Assembly (NCBI RefSeq): GCF_964355755.1
Contig: NC_092676.1
Coordinates: 22,586,871 to 22,650,870, forward strand
DNA: 64,000 bases
Source of the DNA: Antedon mediterranea
Taxonomy: Eukaryota > Animalia > Echinodermata
Direction: 5' to 3'
Position 1 is the stretch's first letter, and each line of letters begins with the position of its first letter. Made by a program: the position numbers and the translations under genes. The notes below the pieces were generated by a model. The model ran no database searches and was not told the origin of the DNA. It saw nothing but the letters and a program-made list of their open reading frames with translations. Positions 39,701 to 53,406 of the stretch are shown here, piece after piece.

Positions 39701-42513
39701 GATGCCTAGGGTTAGATTTGTATAATTGTGAATTACAAAGATATTGGTGGATTTGAAAGCTTCACTGGGTAGTTCTGTTATAATATATCTGAAATGGAGG
39801 TGCGTTGTAACTAGATTCTTTGCTACCGATTCTTGGGTTTAAATCTTATCAGAGTGCAGGGTGTACCCCTTACCAGAAGAAACTCGAATTTTAGATATAC
39901 GATTCTCTACTTTACCTTCACACATTGCATTAATTGTCTGTATCTTGGGCAAATTCTATAATTGAATGTCACATATCTATTACATGTGGTGCCGGTTACG
40001 GTTAAGCGTATGGCATGATACAGGCTCACATGTGACATTGTATTACAGAATCTGCCTATGATACTGGCCAAATTATAGATCATATGACACCACAATTTTA
40101 TCTGATTACAATAGAAACTTGTCTATTTTGGTTTATTGAAAATAATGTTCAAAATGATTACTTATAATTACACTAAATATTATCAATAATATCAGAATAT
40201 TATATTTATTATCTCTAAATTAATTAAATCGTTGATTTTTCTACTTTTACAGAAAAGGTTATAAATCTAATTTTAAATTTATTTTATGTAATGTTCACTA
40301 AAATTAAATTGGTAATGTTTTCAATTGAATCTATCAAGTACTGTAATTATTTTAAAATGGTCGACATTTTGTTGTGTATACTGTTAATACATTTACCAAA
40401 AATGCACAGCTTAAGAAACTATTACAATTTAAATTTGTATTTGCCAAATGTTATAAGTAACTATATATCTAATGAATCATGAATTGTTGCAGAAAATAAC
40501 AATGATTAATAATACATAACAATATTAGAGAAAATTGTAATTTTTGCAACTCAAACTTATACTTTGCCGCTAATCTATGTAATATTTTAGTAAAAAATAA
40601 ATAAGTTGATTAGATTCTTTAACTGCATTTAAACCACTTAAAATACCATTCAAACAATTACTACTAGTAATGCCCATATTTTAAAAGTTCACTGACCTCC
40701 CAATTTTAGACCCCTGTTCTATGTAACCTCTTTCAAAAATAATTTTGTCTACATGCAAGGAAAATATCTGTATTAAAATAGGTTAACATAAGCATTTCTT
40801 TAGTTATTTTAATATGAAGTTATTGACTTCTCTAAAACCCTTTGTAAAATTTGTTAATAAATGTTTGCAATAAAAAAGGATGAAAATTTCAATAACTCTT
40901 GTACTGCAGTCTCATTTTAAAAATATTTTAACAGTCTTAAACCAAAGCTATTGTTATTTTTAGGATTGGTTTATACAAATACTACCATTCATGTTTTTCA
41001 ATGGCTTGCAAATTGTTTAAAATTGTATTCAACAATACCGTCTTTTACTTGAACCTTTCACAGTTGTATTAAATGATTTAACCATTATTCTCAAGGGGAT
41101 CAGAAGTAACACACTATTGTACATATTGACATACATTTTAGTACTTGCATATAAAAGTTATTGCACTTTCTACATGGAATACTAGTGTATCTTGGCTAAT
41201 GTCATAATTTTCATAGACAAATTCCTAATTACAGTATAATATGTGACATTATTTTATTAAACCTAAACCTAATGTAAAAAAAACATTGTTGTAACATGTG
41301 ATGAACATGTGACAATGTAACCCAGAACTTGCCTAACATACTGAACAAATAAAGATAGAGTAATACAAAAACAAATTGATAATCTATTAATTTTAAGATA
41401 CAATACTGTAGTTTGTTTAATATTAACTATATACAGTTTATAGAGGAAAGATGAAATTATGGAATATAGGAATGTATAGTGTAGCGGAATGTGATTTAAA
41501 ATATGAAAAATGGTATTTATATTATATACAACGATTTCAGAACTGTATTTTTTTAGATCCATAGATGCTTAACTTATGTTATTATATTTGGCACAGGTGG
41601 GCACAGTTACTCCTGAAAAACTAATTTTGCTTTTTTTTTTTTAAACTAAATTTAAATTGTTTTATGAATATTGTACTTGCCACCAAAATAAATAATAAAA
41701 TTTAAAGTATTTTCCAACTAAATAAACTTTAAAAATCTAAAACCAACTTAACTTAAACTTTATTTGACACAAGACAATTATTCTATCCAAAACATTATAA
41801 TATACAAGAAGAAGAAAAACTACTAACCCACTACGGTGAAAATTTCCTGCTTTGGTGGGATATTTTTAATTCAGTTTAAATATGCATTTTCAATTGAAGC
41901 ATTGTTCACGCAACTACAGAACTGTATGCCTTACATACAGTATCTTAAAGGGTGGCTCTAGTTAATTTTGCACAGGAATATACTACTTTAATTAGTTACC
42001 CGGTTGATGATTGGAAGTCACTAAAAATCATTAAAATTCCTAATAACATAACTTACAAACTCGGTTTCTTCATCTTTGTGTAGATGATTATAAATTAGAA
42101 ATGGTTGCTACAGTAAAACAGAACACCTTCTTAATAGAGGGTTTTCCCCTCGTTCGTTTCATGACAAAGTGTCTCCCATAATAGGGGTACTGTATTTCAT
42201 AGTAGTGTTGTCCCTTAGGGGTGTCGTAAAGGAGAGGTATTGTTTTGTCCAATAAGAGAGTCACCTGAGAATAAATAAAAAACATTTGAGTAGATACATT
42301 TGTCCAGAAAGAGATTGTACATTTTTACACTATGAGGTCACGAATACATCACTCAGTTTGGACTGCTTCCTTAACAGGTTTGCTTAAGTTATCTCAACCT
42401 AACTAGAGCTGTCAAAAGCATTTAATGGATTGAATCCAATTAGCGCTCTGTTAAAATTTAACTAGATTATCTCGCCATCAATTTTATATGAACCCAGCTA
42501 GTGTTTTGGAAGA

Positions 42514-45500
42514 TCAATAATAATTATACATCCAACTACGATCCGAATTGACATCAACCCTTCGTGAAAACTGTCTGTCGTCTCTCCGATGACTATATGG
42601 CATTTGACCATCAATAGAATACGCCCTTTGATTGTTCTGCTGGTGATGCTGGTTCCTGCCATATGGTCTGTAATCTGGAAGAGACTCTGTGTAGTACCTG
42701 GAGGAAGCTCGTGGAATGCCTTGCTGCTGTCTGCTATAATCCGGGTTGGAATGCGTCATTCCTGTCCGTTTTGTTCTTGGTTTTTGACTAACTGGTGGCG
42801 CGCGTTGATGATATAAACCGTTTTCGTGCCGATCTCCACGATTCCCCCAGCCTCTGTTAGGTCCAATTGGAGATTCTTGTTCTTCGTAAAGCGGGGGCTG
42901 ATGGCGTTCGTTATGATACCCAGTGACGTAATCGTCGTCGTAATAACCCCAGTTTTGGCGTGGTTGTAGATGATGCTGTTGCGAGTGTGGTGGATTACGT
43001 CTGCCGTAGTTGTATTCTTCGGCTACTTGCCCTCTTGGGGCAGCATTTGTGAACGGTGAACGAACGCTTACATTGTCACGTTTATTTGTATATTCATCCT
43101 CGTCATCAGTCTGTCAAATAAACAAATATTTTGATTATAAAGTAGTTAAATAATTAAAATGTAAATACAGTGGTTATTTATTAAAAACAAACTAAAATAA
43201 ATTGTGGGAAAAAGGACAAGTAGACAATCAAACAGTTTCTCCTTAGCGCCGGTATCCATAGAGTAGGGCCTAAATGTTCAGAGACGCTCGTCAAAGTTGC
43301 TTTTGTGTACAAGTACCATGTTTTCAGACAATTTGTGAAGGTATTGATGTTTGTAATTCAGTACTGAGGCCTATCTTAACAGGTTTAAGTGCACCGTTAA
43401 TTAAAGTGTTCGCTATTTGAAATCAGATTTTCTTCCATTGCAGGACACATCTATCCTCCAAAGCTCTCCATTTGCTATTATCAACCAGTTTTTTTCATTT
43501 TTTTTTCTTTTCATTGCTCAATCTCATTTGGGCGTTGTTATTACATTATTCCTACAGTAAATCAAGCACAGAAATTAACAAACTATCAAAAATGTCAAAT
43601 ACCAACCTCAAGTTCATCATCATCGTCCCTATCCTCGGAACAACAGAAATAACAACTCCAAGCAATAATAATAATCGTCACTAACAAACAGCACAATGTC
43701 AGGATGGCGTAGATAAGCGCACCATCATATCCAAAATCCTCCTCTGTTTGTTTTTCATTAATATTGCCGTCATCCAATGCGTCTTGCAGTGCTTCTTTTA
43801 TATACGATACGTCGATAGATGGAGGAACATAGCTCTCGTCTCTGTATATTCTGTACTCGATGAAAGCGTCCATTGCCGATACGCCTGCACAGCCAAGTAC
43901 GCATATTAAAACAAAGATGTTGAATGACAGTGCGCAGACACCCTGAAAACAAGTTATAAAAAGGAAATATCAGAAATGTTGTTCTATATATATAGGATTT
44001 TAACACAACAATGTACCCCGTGGGTGGTTTGTAAATTGTTGTTCATGCTTTTTGCTTGAAAACCTCAATATATCGATACTTCAGTATCTTTTCAAAAAAT
44101 TAAAGATATTACTGATTTTTAGACGTGTGCATGCTTGAAAAGCACAAACAGTTGAATATGCTTTTTAAAAAATTAAGACAAAGTTCCTCCTAATGTTTTT
44201 GTCAGAGGAAAAGAATGGCTTTCCTGTATGCAACAAGATGCGTTTTCGACGAATTCTTCAGATCTGTAAAGAAGTTGAATTACTGAAAATTTGATAAAAT
44301 AAATGAAGTAATCTTACCATCAAAGTGTTCCAAACACAACTGTAGACAAATGTACATGCACCAGCAATTATCACCTGAAAAAAATATATAAAATACATAT
44401 TTAGCCTAAATAATAATAATAAATAAATAAATTATTCCACAAACAGATTTCTATTTTGTCAAATACTTACGAAACCTCCTGCCCAGGCCCCAGCAGCAAA
44501 GTTTAGAAGAAGTACTTTCCCCGTGTAACTTGAAAAATATGAGTAAACCCACAGGGCTACCATTGCCGATCCTAGCAAGATGTTGAACATTGCGACGCAG
44601 TTCGTACAACCGGTGTCTTTACCCATTTTGCCGTCGTCGCTTTCTGAATCAGATGTAGAGTTTTCGTCGTCGTTTTCTTCAATGACGTTCAAAACGTCAT
44701 CCCTATCCCTTTCAAAACGCAAACTGGAAAAAGAGAATTATATTTAATTAATGTACGGTACTATTTAAAGATCCACATAGCTTTGATTTTAAAGTATATA
44801 TCACGGAAGTTCAATTTGTTATATCCATACGCTTTTGCAGTAATATTGAAGTGACCATATCAATATTATTCTGCTGCGGTTACTGGAGTAACTACATTAT
44901 TTGTTTTAACGTATGACTGGCTGTAGAATAATGTTGACATGATCCCCGACAAAATGGTGTTGATAAAAGTGCGGATCGCGTATTGTATCTCTGTCTAAAA
45001 ATTACAAATGATAGGCCTAATTTATTCGATAAACTTGACCATAGTATTTAATGTAGGTTCACATAGTATTGTAGAAAGGGTATATCACCATATGGCTGTA
45101 TTCTGATATGCCAACAAGGCCTACTAAACAACCAGCCATTATATAAATATTTTACAGACCATTGGACAACAATCCGGATTATTTAGACCAATTCCTGTAC
45201 AAACAAAGAATAAAGATCACAGATCAACAAATGAAATGTACAGTGTAAGATAATAATTGTGTTGTGTTGGTTTGGATGCGTCATAGCTCTTTAAAGATGG
45301 CTGCTAAAGGCTAAGATACTCCTATAGATCTTTCCGTATGCATGTGTACACTACTTAAGAAACATAAATACAGATGCTGCAGGTAATTTAGAATCCGCTA
45401 CGAGAGTTCACTCAAACTGAAAATATGTGGGCCACTGTTGAAATGTGTTTATTTTTTTCTCAGTTCAACAAAATTAAAACACCTCCTATAAGGGGACACT

Positions 45501-48500
45501 CATTTCCATGTGAAACGAATGAGGGGCAATGATATGGATAAAAGTATACATCTCAAAACCTTCAATAAATTACGCCAATACATAACAATAATGCGCTTAA
45601 CGCATACATAAATCTGCTGCTGTATTTTTTTATTTTCACTCCGTACTACCGAAAATATTGTCCAGTGACTGAAAATCTTCTCCTTCAACCATCATAATAA
45701 CATTGTAACAATGAAATAATAAATAGCAAATAATTATTATCACAATTAACGAATAGTTAATTTACGACACGTTAATTCATTTTACTGCCAACAGATACTG
45801 TATTAGCTCATCATCGCATCATCAGGCTATTCCGAGTATAGTATGTAAATTTAATCAATACTGTATAACATTGCATATTCTACCTATAACCTTCATTGAA
45901 TAATGAGCATATACACAATAACATTAAACATGAAATATCTTATTTGGTTTGCATTATATTAAATAATCAATAAATATTCTCCTTCCAATGAACACATAGT
46001 ACAGCTTTAGTACTATTGTATATTTTGAGTAATTTTCACCAGAAATGGCCTCTATTTTAGTCATACAGTATAATTAGGCTACAGTACACAATGATATAGA
46101 CAGTATTCTAATTAGGGGGACACCTTTGGCAACCAAAAATGTCCGTGAATGTGAAAGTGGTTTTCTTCAAAGGAGAAGTTTTACTGTACAGTAATGTTAA
46201 GAGGGAAAATCTTAAAATTGACCATCGACATTTAGCATAATTTAAAGCTATAGCTATTTAATACTGTATATATTTTAACTTGGATTATACACAGGGATAT
46301 AACATAGATTAACGTCAATTGTGGAACCATTTCAATAAAATTAATAGGCATCGTAAATGTATTTGTTATACAACTGTATAACCTGACAAAATGTATAGTT
46401 TTCGGGTGTAATTTACGTATGAAATTTTGTACTTCACGATCGCTATGATCAACACGTCTTTTACATTAGGCATATACAATACTGTATTTAACGACAATGG
46501 GTTTACCTGTTCTGGAACAAAAGTCGCCATACTTGCTATAATATTCTCGATTAATGAAGACAATACGGATAAAAACAGAGTAAATTGAATAGCTGAGCCT
46601 AACCGACCAGTGGGAAAATGTGAAGTGAGTCGTAAGCCCAGACAATGTAGGCCTAGCCTTTAAGTCGATGACTACTAGAACAGTTGTTTTTGTAGTCACG
46701 ATTTTGTTAATATATCTCCTTGCCCTTGTACGTTTTCGACAAATCGATATTAAAATATTAGGCCTAAATAAAGAGGCATATTTTGGTTAAATTATAACGA
46801 TATTAAGGGCATTAACATAACAATATATACAATGTAAATTTAAAGCAAAACGTACACGGATGATGCATTGTATATGTTATTTATTATTAAACAATTATAC
46901 ATTTGTAATTGACAGACATTGCTAAATTATTAGTTATAATTTAATCCTAAAATAATGCGAATACCCTATTTCATCATCAGTAATTAATAACGAATATTAA
47001 AATAATTCCTACCTTATGTTAATATTATTATTTTATCCTATAATAAACACCAGAAGAACCTTAAATTCACCGTTAGTAATTAAAGGTAGAAATAATAAGT
47101 GGGGTTGTTTGGTAATGAAAGATCGATCTGACAGGCCATTGGTGAAAGACACAGGTATCGCGGTAGCTATGAATTTGCATTTGAAACGGATTGCATCACG
47201 CTCGAGTAAACTCGATGAATACGAGTAAGGATGGCAACGCCCATGATTACGAATCATTCTCACTATGAGTGATTTGTTATGTTTTGTTCTAAAGAGAAAG
47301 ATGAGTAGGCCCATTCGTTCCATTGGTGAAAAGTAGACGCGTTATGATAGTCAATAGTATTACTTACTAAACGCAACGAAACGCTATATACAGCACCACA
47401 ATCGCTTATAAGTTAAACGCTAATGTACCGTATTTTAGTATGAGAATAATATTCAGAGGGTTAGGTTTTAGTTATGCGTGAGTTTGATTAAGCCTATTTT
47501 GGGGGGTATCATTAAAATGCTAACGTGCATTAGCGTCAAGGGTTAGACGCGTTTTGTGCGATGTGTTTTTTCTACTACTATAAATACTAACTAGTAGGCG
47601 CTACTAAAAAAGTTAGAGATTGAAGAAAAACAAGTGAATTTGAGATTCGTAATTCCAACGGTTTTCGATCATTTAGGCTGCTTTGAATTTCATAATTGGA
47701 TAATATTTCATAGTGTTAAAATGCTCTCATCCGATAAAAGTAATCAACTTCAAACACAAAAGTTTATTATATTATTATCAAAAGTCAATCTGTATTAAGA
47801 CATTGACTTCCGTGTATTTCCATTTCACATTGTAATTTTTATATTTCGTTAGATAACTTTGTTAAAGTGAGAGTATCTCTTGTGAAATCTGACTTCGCTA
47901 AAAAAAATCGTATACAGAGTTTCAATAGACATCTGATCAGAGCATCCACAAAGGCACTATTATTCAGATTGTATCAAGTAACAGAATCGATACTTTATTT
48001 TACTTTGTAATAGTCTACCGTGTTGTATAGACAATGAACAATATAAAAACATTAAGACATCAATGTATTTTCTATGCAGCTAAACATTATGTAATTTTAG
48101 AAGTACGATTCTAACTTTTACCTGAACATATTTTTCGCATAGCTTGTGATCATTTCTAGAGCTTGGACGCACGCAAGGACATAGGCGCAACGCACGCAAG
48201 TTCGGATGATTCATCTTCATTGGTCAAAATTATACCTATATATAAGCTTTTCCATGCAGTAACGTAACATATGATGTCTAGGCCCTTAAATTGTAGACTA
48301 AAAATTGAACAAAACATATCGTAGGGCCTACATACCTGCTTGGTTCACGTTGGTGATGGTATCTTTGTGATTGTCTGCTTCTTTTATCAGATCTTTAAAA
48401 AAGACAAAATGTGTTTCAATTTCAACATTAGTTATGAATATGAGTTTTTACCAATAAATAAAATAGTAGAAGAGTGCTTTGATTAGCAAAATAATTCAGT

Positions 48501-48942
48501 ATTTATTTTTTTCAGTTCATCAAACACGAATTAATTCTTTAAATAAGTAAAAATGGAGTGAGCACCTTAGAACTTGATTTAGGAGGCTTAAGGTATCATG
48601 TAAGTTTCACTTTGATCCCTTGAGTTATGGGTAGGTCGAAGGCCTACTATGGCAAAATAAGTCAGCTTTATTGTAAACTTTTTTCAGTTCATTAAACACG
48701 AATTAATTCATATAAATAATTTAGTCAGTATGCCTACAGTTTTTAAAGAGGTCACTGCACAATGGTATTCTTTTAAATGTTTTAAGGTAACAGTATGGTC
48801 TAAAAGCAAATAGGCCTAAAGTTGAAGATGTTTGCTCCCCAGTTAGCGGTCACCTTTATAAAGCTAGACCAATTAGTGTGTGTACTTACTGTTCATGTTT
48901 TCGGTTTGATTTTGGCCTTAAGCCTCTCTCGTCTTGTCGCAT
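42514..48942 (-). CDS. MS4A/CD20-like four-transmembrane protein A (~450 aa) with long charged N-terminus and Tyr/Arg/Gln-rich C-tail
   Basis: Exons (-): 48942-48890 (ATG; acceptor at 48946), 48392-48336, 44723-44471, 44374-44318, 43942-43607, 43110-42514; the frame stays open across all GT-AG junctions (1353 nt). Four hydrophobic segments, AGAWAGGF motif at the start of TM2, WSCYFCC after TM4. The two small 5' exons are less certain than the TM core; a further upstream exon may lie at ~50555-50612. Confidence 0.75.
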
Positions 48943-49581
48943 TGACCTAGAAAGAAATTAACATGTCGTTATAGTTGTAGTGTTATTTAATTTTTCCGAA
49001 CGAATAACTGTAAATTACCACTCAAACGACGCTTTATTTACTATTAAATAATTCTAACACTAAACGCATTGTGTTTCGAAAGTTTCGAACCCGGTAAGAA
49101 GTCGAATGAATTCAGTGGACGTGGACGAAATACTATAATGGTAATTGAATTGAATCACAAAAAAGAATCATGATTATTGCCGGATTCAACACACTGTCTC
49201 TTATTAAAATAGTTCATTTTTAACAACAAGCAGGCTGAAGTAAAGTAAAACAACAACATTGAAGATAAATGACAAGCTTGTTTGAAAAGAAAAAGTATTC
49301 AACTACAATAATCCGTTATAACCACAGTTAACGGGTGCTTTCCCTTTAACGGAGAATGTAAATGTCAATGTCATATTTCGTGGTAAAATCCGGGAAACCG
49401 TAATCATCCTTTGAATTTCATATATTATTTAATGTAAGCCTGCTGTGACAGCTTTTATCACAGTAGACCTTTTATACAGTACTTCTTTGTATACAAGTAT
49501 AAGTAAAGGGTTCAGGGGTCTGATAATTGTTTCGTTCAGGATTGCTTTCGTTGTAATTTCGTAACTGTTAACTATTTGCCC

Positions 49582-50525
49582 TAGTTTTACTCCCTTCACC
49601 TAAGTTACGATTCTAATAAAATACTGGGTCTACAGACATACCTATCCTAACTAAAGAACTTTTCACTAAATTGTGATGTCTTACCATGTATAACGTATAA
49701 CGCAAGTTAATAGTTAATAGGACAAACACATTGCCGATATAGAGGATTAGGCCTAGTTCTATCTGATCTGATAGTTTTACTCCCTTCACCTAAGTTACGA
49801 TTCTAATAAAATACTGGGTCTACAGACATACCTATCCTAACTAAAGAACTTTTCACTAAATTGTGATGTCTTACCATGTATAACGTATAACCAAAGTTAA
49901 TAGTTAATAGGACAAGCACGTTGCCGATATAGAGGATTAGGCCTAGTTCTATCTGATCTGATAGTTTTACTCCCTTCACCTAAGTTACGATTCTAATAAA
50001 ATACTGGGTCTACAGACATACCTTTCCTAACTAAAGAACTTTTCACTAAATTGTGATGTCTTACCATGTATAACGTATAACCAAAGTTAATAGTTAATAG
50101 GACAAGCACGTTGCCGATATAGAGGATTAGGCCTAGTTCTATCTGATCTGATAGTTTTACTCCCTTCACCTAAGTTACGATTCTAATAAAATACTGGGTC
50201 TACAGACATACCTATCCTAACTAAAGAACTTTTCACTAAATTGTGATGTCTTACCATGTATAACGTATAACCAAAGTTAATAGTTAATAGGACAAGCACG
50301 TTGCCGATATAGAGGATTAGGCCTAGTTCTATCTGATCTGATAGTTTTACTCCCTTCACCTAAGTTACGATTCTAATAAAATACTGGGTCTACAGACATA
50401 CCTTTCCTAACTAAAGAACTTTTCACTAAATTGTGATGTCTTACCATGTATAACGTATAACCAAAGTTAATAGTTAATAGGACAAACACGTTGCCGATAT
50501 AGAGGAGGCCTAGTTCTATCTGATT
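49582..50525. repeat. 190-bp tandem repeat, ~5 near-identical copies
   Basis: TAGTTTTACTCCCTTCACCTAAG recurs at 49582, 49772, 49962, 50152 and 50342, with only a few substitutions between units. Confidence 0.97.
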
Positions 50526-51796
50526 TGTGTTAGTACAAGGAACAAAATGATATACCTACGTCAAATTCCGTAAATCGAACGGGTGATGGTGATCGACTCT
50601 TAGATTATCCATGATTTTAGAATTCTGTTACAGCATAACTTATCCGAATAAACTTATCCTTTCTTAGTAGTAGTATAGTAGTATACACACATAGGTGTGT
50701 GACGGAAATAAAGCCTCGCTTCTGGCGATTAATCTGTAATGCCGAAATAACTGTTGGTCTTTTAATATGAAACGCTTCAATGGGACGATAACAATACATG
50801 ACAAACAGGCTGTGGCGACGCTCCTAACGAAATGTCAAATGGCTATATAGATATAAACAGACGTGGTGTTTTGTTTTCATTATACAACAACGCTTGCGGC
50901 GATTATGAAAAAAGTATCAATAAATAGGTTTTATTATAATATTTTCGTAGAAATAACGTGACTGTTTAACAAAAAAAAGAACAAGTTTGGCAATGACCCT
51001 TTAAACTCTGTATGTATATAAAATAAGATATTAAATGGTCGTATTTGTCTACCTATCTCACTAATCGCAGGTATAGGTGGAACCAAGCTTTGTAATCCAC
51101 TCTAGTATACAGTAATACAATCTCAAGCAATTATATAATACTACATTACATACGTTATTAACCCTGATAACATTTTAATTAGAATAGCATTGCATAACAA
51201 CTTATAAATTGAATGTAGGCCTAAGTACAATATAAATGTATTCATTAGTCTTAATTGCAGAAAAGAAATATCTAAATTATATATATTTTTTTGTTTGTTT
51301 TTATGTATGGTATTTGCTATAAAAAATAATTCATCTATTTCATTAATATCCAATATAATTATTATTATTCTAAATAGATTTTAACTTATAACAAATTAGA
51401 ACTTGCTAAAGCTTAAACTAAATTTAAAAAGAATTTACATTCAAAATTGAGATAACATTATTTTATTAGGCCTATATGCTAGGCCTATGTAGGATAGGAA
51501 TGAATGGGGTGACTTGACCTGCAAGACACGCATCAAAGCTGATTATGATAATAGAACTTAATTAATTATATCTCTATGCTTACAGTGGTATTGTAGTTAT
51601 CGTAGTGATTAATAAACTGTCAAATATATACTACGATGACGGTCAAAACCATCTGTTTTCTTTTAAAATAGAAATTACCCTTTATGTTAATTATTTTTAA
51701 AATATCGTTTGTCGTAAATAACGGTATTTTGTATCAACCAAACATGACGTCAACTAACTCCATGACGTCTTATTTGCTTGAGAGAAAAACGTTACG

Positions 51797-53406
51797 TCAA
51801 TATTTATAACCATTTAATCTGGCAACACTGCTACCACCAGTATCATACGGTGGATAGGACATCCACCAGCTGTTATTCCGAGGACGGCGTGTCTTCCGGT
51901 GCGGTAAATAGTAAGGATCGTAGGGTCGTCTTCGGTAAGATCTCCACCAGGGATCCCGAGCTGATCTCTTTCTGCCATCAACGATTGATGGCGTCGTTGG
52001 TCGTCTGCCGATATCGGAATTGTAACCGCGAAAAGCTCTTGATGACGATTGGCTTCCGTAAACTGAATAGCGCGGAATTTCGATGACCTTTACAGACATT
52101 CGTGGATCAGGATCTGCCATTCTCTGCGTCTGAAAAGGGTTCATTTATATAGTTAGGTATAAAGCTTTCTGACGTCATGTAGTGGTCCCTTTTAAAATTT
52201 GATTTACGCAAGTGTCACGCGACAGTAAGCTTCATTATCATAGTCGTCCTCATCATCGTCCTTTCATATTCTCACTCTTTACAAAACAGTTTGGAAGTTA
52301 TACTTCCCAACTCATCGATTTTCTCGTAACGTCTGACGTCATTGCGTCAAGCTTTAATATGTCTTAATGAAATGTGTTAATCGTCTTTTAATATTGTATA
52401 TAGACTATATGTATGTGACATGTCATTACACATTCTAATATTGTAAAAAATATGTATATATTTTGTACGCAATTATATCCATCTTACCTCGTCCCACGCG
52501 TCTCTCCACGAGCAGAAACAACAAGTCCAAAGAACACTAACAATCAGTACCAACAAGGCGAAGAAAGCCATTAGTCCGAAGAGTACGACTCCAAGAACTG
52601 TGTAGTTTTCAACACTATTTTCTGTAGCTTCGTCGTACGCCTCCCACTCCTTGTACGAGGCGTATACCGAGAGTGCGATACACACAATGGAACACAGAAT
52701 GATGATCATGTTCATAAATACAAACGCTATGTCCTGTGAGGAAAGATGAGTTGATTTGTTTTAATAATCAAAAGCAGCATCTGAACCACACTCTTCCATT
52801 TTCCACATTGCGCACTTAATTTATTTTCAAGAGTATTACTTTCAAATTTAGAATTATGCACTACAATTTCTCTATTTTATGTTGTGTTATGTTCTTTCTC
52901 TTTTTTCGTACTTACATTTTTCGGTTGCCAATATAGAAAGGATGCGAATAACCCGAATATACCAACCAGTGAAACCTGTAGACGAATAGGTTATAATCAT
53001 CATGCATCATGTTTATCATTATTATTATGATGATCATTATCATCGTCATCATCATCATCATCTACACCATCATCATCATCATCAACATAACCATCATCAT
53101 CATCATCATCACCATAGGTAGTTAAGTTATTTACACGTGTAAGTTGTTTGTATGCGCACAGCTATCATCAGTGGATAATAATTTACCTGGGTAAACAAGC
53201 ATGGTCATGGACATGAACGAAAAAGAAAATGAGTTACGTACAATGATGCCTGTCCACAGGGGTGAGGCAGCATCATTTGTGGCTTCATATTTTGATAAAC
53301 AGTGTTGATAGCAACTTGACCAAAATGATATCAAAAATAGACCGGAAAATACTAGTATAGCACTGGTTACTGCAGTGCATGTTCTGTATGAATTCCACGG
53401 TGCCAT
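51797..53406 (-). CDS. MS4A/CD20-like four-transmembrane protein B (last exon ambiguous)
   Basis: Exons (-): 53406-53242 (MAPW..SPLWTGII), 52975-52916 (VSLVGIFGLFASFLYWQPKN), 52733-52488 (TM3-TM4, WTCCFC), all phase 0. Last exon either 52129-51797 (acceptor ccttttcag; Arg/Tyr/Pro-rich tail) or from 52260 (short acidic tail). Candidate 5'UTR exon with donor at 54494. Confidence 0.72.
53005..53112. repeat. (CAT)n microsatellite in an intron of gene B
   Basis: Imperfect CATCATCAT run; a similar degenerate run lies at ~58808-58880 in gene C. Confidence 0.85.

Noticed and set aside
49582-50525. Possible CRISPR array or repeated ncRNA genes
   Set aside because: Whole 190-bp units are near-identical with no variable spacers; no recognisable tRNA, 5S or snRNA motifs.
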